IMG/VR virus record: IMGVR_UViG_3300009050_000003
Location: 1 to 59,870 of that record
Source of the DNA: a virus
Lineage: Duplodnaviria > Caudoviricetes
DNA: 59,870 nt
Strand: one strand, 5' to 3'
The position numbers were made by a program, and so were the translations under genes. Shown piece after piece: positions 10,007-18,632 of the stretch (its first letter is position 1; each line of letters opens with the position of its first letter). The notes beneath the pieces are model-generated. The model searched no databases. It was not told the DNA's origin and was given only the letters and a program-made list of their open reading frames with translations.

Positions 10007-10225
10007 ATGAATATTACAAACAAACAAATTACTGTTGACAGTATCAGTATTACTTCATTTCCTCCTAAGACAGTTGCTACTGTAACTATTCAGGATGAAA
10101 TCGCAGAAAATATTTTTAAATCAGCAGGAACTTACACACTGACATTTGATCGTGTTTATCAAAATTCTGGTGACACTGAGCTACTTGCAGATATTGGCGA
10201 GATACTAGCGGGGCTTCCCGAATGA
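10007..10225 (+). CDS. Hypothetical protein
   Basis: ORF with an AAGGA RBS. Confidence 0.55.
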   Translation: MNITNKQITVDSISITSFPPKTVATVTIQDEIAENIFKSAGTYTLTFDRVYQNSGDTELLADIGEILAGLPE

Positions 10226-10614
10226 CACCTATAATTACGCTTCTTGCGCCTATTATCGGCGATCTTCTTAACAAACTTATTCCCGATGCGGATAAGAAAA
10301 GTGATATTGAAAAAGAAGTTAAACTTGCCTTACTCGAACATTCTGACAGTATCGAAGCTATTCGCGGTCAAATAGTTCTAGCTGAAGCTAAATCAGAAAG
10401 CTGGCTTACTGCTACTTGGCGTCCACTGCTTATGATGGTTATTGTAACAATCATTGCAATGAACTATCTTCTTTTTCCACTAGCAGGTATCTTCTTTGGT
10501 GTAGAACTTATGATTGATCTTCCTGTTGAACTTTGGGATCTTCTCACTATTGGTGTTGGTGGCTACATTGTAGGTCGCTCTGGGGAAAAGATGATTGATA
10601 AGTGGAAAGAATAA
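10222..10614 (+). CDS. Holin (GTA_holin_3TM-like)
   Basis: AEAKSESWL..TWRPLLM, ELWDLL.IGVGGYIVGRSGEK and hydrophobic segments; precedes the endolysin. Confidence 0.85.
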   Translation: MTPIITLLAPIIGDLLNKLIPDADKKSDIEKEVKLALLEHSDSIEAIRGQIVLAEAKSESWLTATWRPLLMMVIVTIIAMNYLLFPLAGIFFGVELMIDLPVELWDLLTIGVGGYIVGRSGEKMIDKWKE

Positions 10615-11138
10615 TGAAATTTTCTAGTTTAAACTTTAGTAGTATGTTTAAAAAGGAAGAGCCTATGCAAACTTATGATTGGAAATTTGGTACACGTTCT
10701 AAAAATAAACTAGAAGGCGTACACCCTGATCTTGTTGAAGTAGCTACTCTTGCACTAAGCTACAGCTCTGTAGACTTTGGTATCACTCAAGGTCTTCGGA
10801 CAGAGGCAGAACAAAAAGCTTTACTAGCTTCAAAAAAGTCTCAAACTATGAAGTCTCGACACTTGACTGGACATGCGATTGATGTTGCTGCTTATGAAGG
10901 TGCAAATATCACTTGGAACTTTGACAAGTATATCGTTATCGCGGAAGCTGTTCGAAAAGCAGCTATCGAGAAAAATGTAGAAGTTGGTTGGGGTGCTGCT
11001 TGGCTACTTTCTTTGAATTATTACAATTCAGCAGAAGAAGCCTATAAAGCTTACGTTAATCAACGAAAGAAAGAGAATCGCAAGCCATTTATCGATGGTC
11101 CTCACTTTCAACTTTCTTGGAACAATTATCCTAAATAA
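10614..11138 (+). CDS. Endolysin, M15C L-Ala-D-Glu peptidase
   Basis: LEGVHPDL, GLRT, SRHLTGHAIDV, WGAAW and DGPHFQL motifs. Start is uncertain (10614 or 10665). Confidence 0.9.
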   Translation: MKFSSLNFSSMFKKEEPMQTYDWKFGTRSKNKLEGVHPDLVEVATLALSYSSVDFGITQGLRTEAEQKALLASKKSQTMKSRHLTGHAIDVAAYEGANITWNFDKYIVIAEAVRKAAIEKNVEVGWGAAWLLSLNYYNSAEEAYKAYVNQRKKENRKPFIDGPHFQLSWNNYPK

Positions 11139-11156
11139 ATACCTGACCTTTAAGAT
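11138..11156 (+). promoter_or_regulatory. Phage RNAP promoter-like repeat (late class)
   Basis: AATACCTGACCTTTAAGAT; core repeated at 11261 and 55305. Confidence 0.75.
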
Positions 11157-11257
11157 ACAATGCTATGAGACAGACTCTCAAGTCTGAATGTCTCTGCAGG
11201 GGTGTAGTTTATGTCACTGACACGGGGCTTTGCTTTACGCTGGTCGCTACACCCCAC
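11154..11257 (+). ncRNA. Candidate small structured RNA between two phage promoters
   Basis: Hairpin GAGACA-GACT-CTCA-AGTC..TGTCTC (11167-11194), then a 9-bp stem GGGGTGTAG (11199-11207)/CTACACCCC (11247-11255); no ORF. Confidence 0.45.
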
Positions 11258-11260
11258 TTT

Positions 11261-11278
11261 AATACCTGACCTTTAAGA
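11261..11278 (+). promoter_or_regulatory. Phage RNAP promoter-like repeat (late class), upstream of the portal/head operon
   Basis: AATACCTGACCTTTAAGA. Confidence 0.75.
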
Positions 11279-11397
11279 AGGAGGGGGAACCCCTTAGTAT
11301 ACTTTAAAGTATATTTAAAGACCCCTTATAGTATCTTTAAATGAATTTTTAAGTATATTATTGTTCTATTGAAATAATAAAAATAATGGAGTATGTT

Positions 11398-11685
11398 ATG
11401 GCTCAAAAGAAAGACCCACGCCTAGAGCGTGCTGGAGTATCTGGCTACAATCAGCCTAAACGTACTCCTAATCATCCAACTAAATCTCATGTTGTTGTTG
11501 CTAAAGATGGCGATAAAGTCAAAGTTATTCGTTTTGGTGCGCAGGGCGTAAAAGGCTCTCCTAAAACAGCTAACGAATCTGATGCTAATCGAAGCCGCCG
11601 CGAAGCGTGGAAAGCACGACATGCTGAAAATATTAAAAAAGGCAAAATGAGCGCTGCTTATTGGGCTGATAAAGTAAAATGGTAA
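11398..11685 (+). CDS. Basic phage hypothetical protein
   Basis: GGAG RBS; KVIRFGAQG...WKARH...SAAYWADKVKW pattern, which I recognise from other phage hypothetical proteins. Confidence 0.75.
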   Translation: MAQKKDPRLERAGVSGYNQPKRTPNHPTKSHVVVAKDGDKVKVIRFGAQGVKGSPKTANESDANRSRREAWKARHAENIKKGKMSAAYWADKVKW

Positions 11686-11696
11686 AGGAATAAACG

Positions 11697-13265
11697 ATGG
11701 CACTTATCACTACTCCTGCTACCGCTGTTAAACGCTCTGTTGCCGAACCCAGCGATAGCTATCACTCCCTAAAGCCATTGTGGAAAAAGTCGAGAGCAGT
11801 TATTCAAGGTGAAGCTAACGTTAAAGCGCATGATGAAATCCTGCAATACGATTACACAAACCTTCTGCTTCCATTTTCTCCAACAATGACACAACAACAG
11901 TACGATTTTTATCGTGCTGAAGCTGAACTTCCTGGTTTGACATCCCAGTATTGTCGAGTACTTATTAGTGCTTTGCTTCGTAAAGACTCGCATCTTGACC
12001 TACCTGATGATCTGCCTGACGAAGCTTACGAGTGGATTAAAACTAACTTTACACTAGACGGTATGTCTTTGTTTAACTTCCTTGACAATGCTCTTTGGGA
12101 AGAACTTCAAACGTCTCGTGCTTGGGTATATGTTGACCACCCTAACGTTACTGAAGATGAGTATAATTCGATGAATCCTGAAGAGCGTCAAATGATTACT
12201 CCTTATCCTATCATTATTAACGCTGAGAATGTTATCAACATTCATACTAATACTCACCCTGTAACACGTCAAAGAACTCTTACACGGTTTATTACTCGTT
12301 ATCTTGTTCAACGTTATACTTCTGATAACCCTTGGCATCCAACTTATATTGATACTGTTGCAGATCATTATCTTGATGAACAAGGTTATTTGACTATTGA
12401 CATGTATGAAAAATACAATGCTACTAATGAAGTTAAAGTTTTGAATGGCGAAATTCGTCAAGATTACGAGAACTTTATTTCAGAAGATAAATACGAGCTT
12501 GTAAATACAATTACTCCGACTATGTTTGGTGAACGTATTAACCGAATTCCAGCTTGGCCTTTAAACGGTCAACTTGATCCTGTCGAGCCAGTTCTAATGC
12601 CCTTGGTTGATCGTGAGATTGCTTTGTATAACAAAGTATCCCGCCGCAACCACTTGCTTTATGGTGCTGCAACCTATACACCTGTTGTACAATCTGATAT
12701 GACAGATGAAGAGTTCGATACTATTGTTTCTTCTGGTTTAGGTTCTTGGCTACGTGTTCGTAAAGATGAAAGTATTTCGGTTCTAGAAACACCTACTGCT
12801 GCCCTGAAAGATATGGAGCAGTCCATTAAAGCCACTGTTGAAGAAATGGCTAAAATGGGCATTCGTATGCTTTCTCCCGAAGCCGCAGCTTCTGGTGTTG
12901 CTCTTGAAATTCGCAACTCTGCTCAAACAGCACAACTAGGTACGCTGAATGCAAAAGTCTCGACTACTATGCGAGAAATTATTTCATTTATGCTTAACTG
13001 GAAGTACAACACAGACTATACTGGTAATGATATTGAATTCCAGATGTCTAATGACTTCTCGCCTGTTGTTGGTGGTGACGCAGCTATGCGGCTTGTTACA
13101 GAATGGTATGAAGGCGGTCTTATTAGCCGTTCGACATTCATCTCTATTGCGAAGTATAATGACTTCTTGCCAGCAGATTATGATGACGAAGAAGCATTGC
13201 AAGAGATTCAAACGGATCCTCTTACTCGCAAAACAAACGATAACGACATTATTATTGAACAATAA
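11697..13265 (+). CDS. Portal protein (DUF4055-like)
   Basis: 522 aa; Y..Y..RAE.PG.T and ASGVALEIR...LGTL motifs; ISRSTF C-terminal pattern; precedes the MuF and capsid genes. Confidence 0.85.
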   Translation: MALITTPATAVKRSVAEPSDSYHSLKPLWKKSRAVIQGEANVKAHDEILQYDYTNLLLPFSPTMTQQQYDFYRAEAELPGLTSQYCRVLISALLRKDSHLDLPDDLPDEAYEWIKTNFTLDGMSLFNFLDNALWEELQTSRAWVYVDHPNVTEDEYNSMNPEERQMITPYPIIINAENVINIHTNTHPVTRQRTLTRFITRYLVQRYTSDNPWHPTYIDTVADHYLDEQGYLTIDMYEKYNATNEVKVLNGEIRQDYENFISEDKYELVNTITPTMFGERINRIPAWPLNGQLDPVEPVLMPLVDREIALYNKVSRRNHLLYGAATYTPVVQSDMTDEEFDTIVSSGLGSWLRVRKDESISVLETPTAALKDMEQSIKATVEEMAKMGIRMLSPEAAASGVALEIRNSAQTAQLGTLNAKVSTTMREIISFMLNWKYNTDYTGNDIEFQMSNDFSPVVGGDAAMRLVTEWYEGGLISRSTFISIAKYNDFLPADYDDEEALQEIQTDPLTRKTNDNDIIIEQ

Positions 13266-13277
13266 TGTAGATATGGT

Positions 13278-13302
13278 GTCCTTGGCATGACTTTAAACTG
13301 CC
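13278..13302 (+). other. Mini H-type RNA pseudoknot, copy 1
   Basis: GTC-CTT-GGCA-T-GAC-TTTAAAC-TGCC; covaries with the copy at 35323. Confidence 0.5.
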
Positions 13303-13305
13303 TAT

Positions 13306-13381
13306 GCTGGCTTAGCTCAGTTGGTAGAGCTACTGATTTGTAATCAGTGGGTCGGGAGTTCGAGTCTCTCAGCCAGCACCA
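13306..13381 (+). tRNA. trnT: tRNA-Thr(TGT)
   Basis: Acceptor stem GCTGGCT/AGCCAGC, D arm GCTCAGTTGGTAGAGC, anticodon arm ACTGA-TTTGTAA-TCAGT, TTCGAG T-loop and an encoded CCA. Confidence 0.95.
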
Positions 13382-13412
13382 TTTTACACCTAACTACTCA
13401 ATGGAGTACTAG

Positions 13413-16400
13413 ATGACAACTATTAATGACAGAATTTTTGATCGAATTGTTGATCACATGGGAGATGTTCGCCTTTATGAAGAAGGTGTTCAACTTCAAA
13501 ATCGGCGAATTCTTCAACGGCATCGAAAGCAGTTGAAGGATCTGCTGTCGGAGGATATCAAAGCAGACATTAAACGGGAGATGGCGCGTTTTGAGAAGGA
13601 ACTCCTAGCCCACGGGGTTAGTAGCCTTAAAGAGTTCTCCACCGCACAGCTTGACTTTCATTCAGACAGTCTCTACAAAGAAGTACGTTCTTTTTATAAG
13701 GTTCAAAGACCTAGTACTAAAGAACTTCTGGCAGAGATTACTGGACCCAATATTAAGGGTGCAAAAGACATATCTACTAATATACGGAACATCTCTTCAG
13801 GAGAACTTACTCGTATTCAATCAAAGGTAAAGTATGGTCTTGCGCGTGGAATGTCACAAAAAGATATTATTGCTTCAGTTATGAAAACTACTAATCTAAC
13901 TGAAAATCAAGTTAAAACATTAACTCGTACTGCTATTACTAGTACGCAGTCTGCTGCTTTAAGGAATGTTGCTGCACGTAACAAAGGAATTGTTTCTGGT
14001 TTTATGTTTACAGCTATTCTAGACGCTCGTACAAGCCCTATATGTTCTTATCATAATGGTAAGATTTATGAGGTTGATGACCAGCGTTTTGTTCCCCCAT
14101 TGCACTGGAACTGCCGTTCTTCTATGGTACCAGTTATCAAGTCTAAAGATCAACTTCTTGAGACTGATGATGCAAGACTTAAAAAGCGTATAGTATCCAA
14201 TATGGATCCTCAACAGCTTAACGGCCTTCCACCTGTAACTCTTAGTTTTGGTGAATGGCTAAAAAGACAAACTATGGAAATTCAAGCTAAGATGCTTGGC
14301 TCTGAAGATGCTGCAAACATGTTCAGGCAAGGTAAACTAAAAGCTAGTGAATTCATTACTCCCAAAGGTAAGGCGCTTACAATTCAAGCCTTGCGGAATA
14401 GAGCAGCTAATGCTACTACTGTATTTAAACCTAAACAACAGGTTCGCAGTGAAGGTATTAGAGTTCAAGCAACGACACCTAATCAACTACTTAATAATCC
14501 TAAACACAAAGAAGACTTGCGTCAGCTTTTCTTGCTTGATGCGAGTGACTATAATCAATCTTTGTCTTTAACCGATTATAAAGGTACGTCCCTTGTTGGT
14601 AAACAAGAGTCTAGACGAAGGGTTGGTAATCAGTTTGATGAACGAAACTTTAGCGCAGATCCTATTACAGGTGAAGTGCGTAACAATAATATTTATGATC
14701 CTGATTTTAATCTGTATCAAGAACGTCTTGATTTTATGCGTAATTCTAAACTGCTTTCTTCAGAGCAAAAGAGCTTTATTGAAAATGCAGTAGCAGGTCT
14801 AGATGATAAGATTTCAGTAAATCAACAAACAGTTATGATTGAAAACCTTCGTGTTGTTTTCGAACGTTATGCTAAAGATAAAATGAAGTGGGGCGATCTT
14901 ACTTCTGTTATTCGTGCTGAGAATAGGTTTGCTGTACAGAACGTTTCACGACTTCTAGATACACGTTCTCGGCAACGTGTGGATACCTTCTCTAAGTATC
15001 TAACAGACTCTAAAACAGATATGCCTAAAATTCAGATTATGGGTAAATACTATGATCTTGATCAGCTAAACGAAATGTATCTAAAAGACACTCGTTTTGT
15101 AGACGCTTGGGAAAGTACTGCAGGTGTTAATCTTGCTAGGAAAGCTTTCTTTAAAGGCCGTGCGCCTATTATTAACTATTTTAGGCCAATTCTTGATCAG
15201 CTACCTGATCGTAAGACTTACATCGATCGTTTGTTATTAAGAGATACCTTGCTTTACAAGCGTTATAAACAATTTAAAAGCTTGTTTAAAGACAAAGAAC
15301 CAACTGATGACTGGTGGATTCGTAACACTGCAAGAGGTCGGGAAACTATTCGTAGTATTTTGGATTTAGAGTTCTTGAACCTTCGGAAGAAACCTACTAC
15401 TATTGTTATGAATGACAAAGGAACTAAAGCATTAACTAGCGCAGCTAAACTTGTTGCATCAGGAGACGCTACTGACTATGACACACTTGCTATTAACATC
15501 GGAAAGATGCTTAGTAAGGAGTTTGAAGACTTAATTCCATTTATGAAGAATGACTTAAAATCTTATCACAAAGAGGGATCTAAATTCCTTGACTTTATGA
15601 AAGATCAAGGTCTTATTCGTATTCAATTTCGAGGTAAAACTCGAAGAGGTGTTATTGATGTAGAAACAGGTCGTGCAGGAGGTGCATGGGGTGATACTAT
15701 TAGCCGAGAAGTTACAGTTATCAATAAAGATATGCTTAAGCTTCAAGAGGCAAGTCGCCGTATGACTATTGCTCGTCGTTTAGGAAACGTTTCAGATCGT
15801 GATCGTCTTTATGTTAAGGCAGGTAAGAAAACTTACTTTGATGCTAGAGGTAAAGACACGGGTGTTCCTATTGTGTCTCGTGATAAATTTCCTGATTATG
15901 ATCCTAAACAGATTGACTCTGAAATGGCTAATATGATGAATCATGTGATGAATGTCGAATATAGCGTAGACAAAGAGTTCTTTGGTTTTATGGATGACAT
16001 TGTTAGGTTTAGAGACCCTCGTGGTAACTCTAAATACTACGACAGTATCAATGAGCTGCGGCATGAAATTCTTAACCGTGGTGAAGCAGGTTATGGTCTT
16101 ATGGCTACAGCTAAATATCATGCTATTCGTGGCAAGAATTTTAAGACATATGCCTTTATCGATTCTCGTGGTCGTGTTTATCATCGTGGATATCTGACAC
16201 CGACAGGTGGTGAGCTAGTCCGTCCTTTCCTAAACTCAGGTAAAGCTGTTAATATCGATGCGGCTGCTGTGTATGAACTTCGTACTCAAATTGGTGCTTT
16301 AATAGGTCCAGGTACAGAGGCACTTACTCAAGCTGGACGTCAAGCAATCTTTGGTCGTAATAGAGAGAAGATTCTTGATTTAGGTAATCTGATGATGCAA

Positions 16401-17804
16401 ACAACTCAAAGAGATCGTAGACTTCGTGAGTTTCTTGAACACCCCCTTATTAGAGGCTTAGAAGGTCCAGAAGTACCAAAGATGGCTCGTATGGCACTTG
16501 AGTACGCTCGTATTCATAAGCATGTAGATGGTGATTTTAATAACCTTAAAAAGCTTAACACATACAAAACTCAGCTTATGATTGAGAACGATGCGTCGTC
16601 ATCAGGTGCTCAAATTATTGGATTGTCTACGGGCGATAGGGCTATTTCGGAAGCTTCTAATGTTCTTGCAACTACTCAGAAGAACCGTTTGTATGACCTT
16701 GTTGCTATGGATACTGTTAACGATCCAGAATTTTTGAAAATACCTGCCCTTAGAGATGCTAACCTAACTTGGGAAGATCTTGCTAAAGGTGCTAAGGCGC
16801 AAAACATGGTAAGCTTCTACGGTGCTGGCGATGCAACTAAAACCGCCAACGTAGCAGGTAAGCTGTCTAAAGTTCTTGAAGGTAAAGGTTATGTAACCGT
16901 TACTAAAGCTAATTTAAGTGAACAGCTTAGAATTATTGATGGTAAGATTAAAATTGCTCAAAAGCTTGATGCAGAAACTTCTGTAAAAGAGCTTCAGTCT
17001 TTCAGAGCAGAACTTGTTGATCTTATCAATAACAATGAACCTGCTGGTAGTACGCTTATGAAACAAGCTATTGAAGTTCATCCTGATACTGCTGCTTTTG
17101 TTGAAAAGCTTATGAACTCTCGAAAGGGCATTATTGGCCCTAAAGAGTTTGCAGAAGTATCTCGGATTATGTCTAAGAACCTTGCTGCTCGTGCGCCTGT
17201 TACAGATCAGTTTATTAACTTCTGGAAAGATGTGGCTAAGGCTTATGTAACAGAAACACAAAAGGTTGATATTCCGTGGGTTACATTCGACGGTAAAGTT
17301 ATGATGCAACGGTATAGACCCCGTTTGCAAGAACGTATTGAGTTTACTGACCCTGTTACGGGTCGTAAAGTATCTAACATCTATGAGGCAAAAGCTGAAG
17401 ACGGAAAACTTCTTGGGAAGTCTTCTTTGAATGACGCTCGTATTGGCCTAGGTGTTAATGGAAACCATAGTAACGATGCTGTTATTGTTAGACGATTCCA
17501 CTTGTGGGGACGTAAAAACGGTATTGGTACTGCAACAATTCATGACGCATTCTTCACTAATATTGGAGATGCTATGAAGGCAAAGGACGCTCTTAGAACC
17601 ATCTATGCAGATGCTCTTGGGGGCGATACTATAAGACGCACCTTGCAAGAAATGCGCAAGCAAGGCATGTCTTATAATACTTACTTAAAGCTTCTTGATG
17701 AAGCTAAGAGGAGAGGCTTAATTGACCCTCCAAATAAAATTACACGCCGTGACATTCTAGCTCCTATCGCTGATGGGTTTGACTGGTACGGTATTGGTCC
17801 ATAG
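13413..17804 (+). CDS. MuF (SPP1 gp7-like) minor head protein fused to a T7-like single-subunit RNA polymerase; putative virion RNAP
   Basis: N-terminal MuF motifs FTAILDARTSPIC...PPLHWNCRS (~14000-14125). C-terminal RNAP motifs DSRGRVY (~16161), ENDASSSGAQ (motif A), KAQNMVSFYG (motif B, Kx7YG), NGNHSNDA and TIHDAF (motif C). Located between portal and scaffold. Confidence 0.9.
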   Translation: MTTINDRIFDRIVDHMGDVRLYEEGVQLQNRRILQRHRKQLKDLLSEDIKADIKREMARFEKELLAHGVSSLKEFSTAQLDFHSDSLYKEVRSFYKVQRPSTKELLAEITGPNIKGAKDISTNIRNISSGELTRIQSKVKYGLARGMSQKDIIASVMKTTNLTENQVKTLTRTAITSTQSAALRNVAARNKGIVSGFMFTAILDARTSPICSYHNGKIYEVDDQRFVPPLHWNCRSSMVPVIKSKDQLLETDDARLKKRIVSNMDPQQLNGLPPVTLSFGEWLKRQTMEIQAKMLGSEDAANMFRQGKLKASEFITPKGKALTIQALRNRAANATTVFKPKQQVRSEGIRVQATTPNQLLNNPKHKEDLRQLFLLDASDYNQSLSLTDYKGTSLVGKQESRRRVGNQFDERNFSADPITGEVRNNNIYDPDFNLYQERLDFMRNSKLLSSEQKSFIENAVAGLDDKISVNQQTVMIENLRVVFERYAKDKMKWGDLTSVIRAENRFAVQNVSRLLDTRSRQRVDTFSKYLTDSKTDMPKIQIMGKYYDLDQLNEMYLKDTRFVDAWESTAGVNLARKAFFKGRAPIINYFRPILDQLPDRKTYIDRLLLRDTLLYKRYKQFKSLFKDKEPTDDWWIRNTARGRETIRSILDLEFLNLRKKPTTIVMNDKGTKALTSAAKLVASGDATDYDTLAINIGKMLSKEFEDLIPFMKNDLKSYHKEGSKFLDFMKDQGLIRIQFRGKTRRGVIDVETGRAGGAWGDTISREVTVINKDMLKLQEASRRMTIARRLGNVSDRDRLYVKAGKKTYFDARGKDTGVPIVSRDKFPDYDPKQIDSEMANMMNHVMNVEYSVDKEFFGFMDDIVRFRDPRGNSKYYDSINELRHEILNRGEAGYGLMATAKYHAIRGKNFKTYAFIDSRGRVYHRGYLTPTGGELVRPFLNSGKAVNIDAAAVYELRTQIGALIGPGTEALTQAGRQAIFGRNREKILDLGNLMMQTTQRDRRLREFLEHPLIRGLEGPEVPKMARMALEYARIHKHVDGDFNNLKKLNTYKTQLMIENDASSSGAQIIGLSTGDRAISEASNVLATTQKNRLYDLVAMDTVNDPEFLKIPALRDANLTWEDLAKGAKAQNMVSFYGAGDATKTANVAGKLSKVLEGKGYVTVTKANLSEQLRIIDGKIKIAQKLDAETSVKELQSFRAELVDLINNNEPAGSTLMKQAIEVHPDTAAFVEKLMNSRKGIIGPKEFAEVSRIMSKNLAARAPVTDQFINFWKDVAKAYVTETQKVDIPWVTFDGKVMMQRYRPRLQERIEFTDPVTGRKVSNIYEAKAEDGKLLGKSSLNDARIGLGVNGNHSNDAVIVRRFHLWGRKNGIGTATIHDAFFTNIGDAMKAKDALRTIYADALGGDTIRRTLQEMRKQGMSYNTYLKLLDEAKRRGLIDPPNKITRRDILAPIADGFDWYGIGP

Positions 17805-17930
17805 TTATTTGTAATAGCCTATGAACTATAAAACAGAAAAATAGCTTACAAGCTATAAACAACTTTTAACGACTCTGTGAGTCAATACAAATTAACATTA
17901 TAACTCAAGCTGTGCTTGAAAGGAAAAAAC

Positions 17931-18608
17931 ATGAGTGAAGATAATCAAATCAATGAAGAAGTAGAAAATGAGCTCAATGAAGCTAATGAACAAGAAAATG
18001 TTCAAGAGGAAACCAAAGAACAAGAACAAGAACTTGATCCGATTGAACAGGCCGTACAAGAACGACTAGCTAAAATGAAAGCTAATATGGATCGTATGGC
18101 AAAAGAACGTGATGAAGCTCTAAAACTTAAGGCTGAAATTGAACAAGCCCGTAAAGAAGAGCAGATTAAACGTCTTGAGGAAGAAGGTAAAATGCAAGAA
18201 GCCCTTGAAATGAAATTGGCAGAAGCACAAGCAAAACTTCGTGTATTCGAAGAAGCTAATACCAAACTTACTCGTGACAACGTTGTAAATTCCGCTCTTG
18301 CAGGGTTGGAATTCCGTAACGATCGCAGTCGAGATATGGCTCGCCGTGATATCGTTGAGCAACTTGTTCAAAACGAAAATGGTGCTTGGGTTCATCAATC
18401 AGGTACTACTATTCAAGATTTCATCATTTCTTACTCTAAGAATGAAGACAACTCTTTCCTGTTCCGTGCTAAATCAAATACGGGTGCAGGAAATGGTGCT
18501 CCTAACGGCGCTCCTGCAATGAATCAAAAGAAATCTCTTGCAGAACTGTCTACTCAGGAAGTGCTTAATTTGGCGGCTAAAGGCCAGCTAGGTAACTTTA
18601 ATATCTAA
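17931..18608 (+). CDS. Capsid scaffolding protein
   Basis: Acidic coiled-coil protein with a FLFRAKSNTGAG tail, directly before the major capsid gene; AAGGA RBS before ATG 17931. Confidence 0.85.
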   Translation: MSEDNQINEEVENELNEANEQENVQEETKEQEQELDPIEQAVQERLAKMKANMDRMAKERDEALKLKAEIEQARKEEQIKRLEEEGKMQEALEMKLAEAQAKLRVFEEANTKLTRDNVVNSALAGLEFRNDRSRDMARRDIVEQLVQNENGAWVHQSGTTIQDFIISYSKNEDNSFLFRAKSNTGAGNGAPNGAPAMNQKKSLAELSTQEVLNLAAKGQLGNFNI

Positions 18609-18632
18609 TAGTTATAAATAAGGAATAAAATC

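Noticed and set aside
11197-11257. tRNA (starts GGGGTGTAG like a tRNA 5' end)
   Set aside because: No D, anticodon or TTCG T arms; the 5' segment pairs directly with CTACACCCC.
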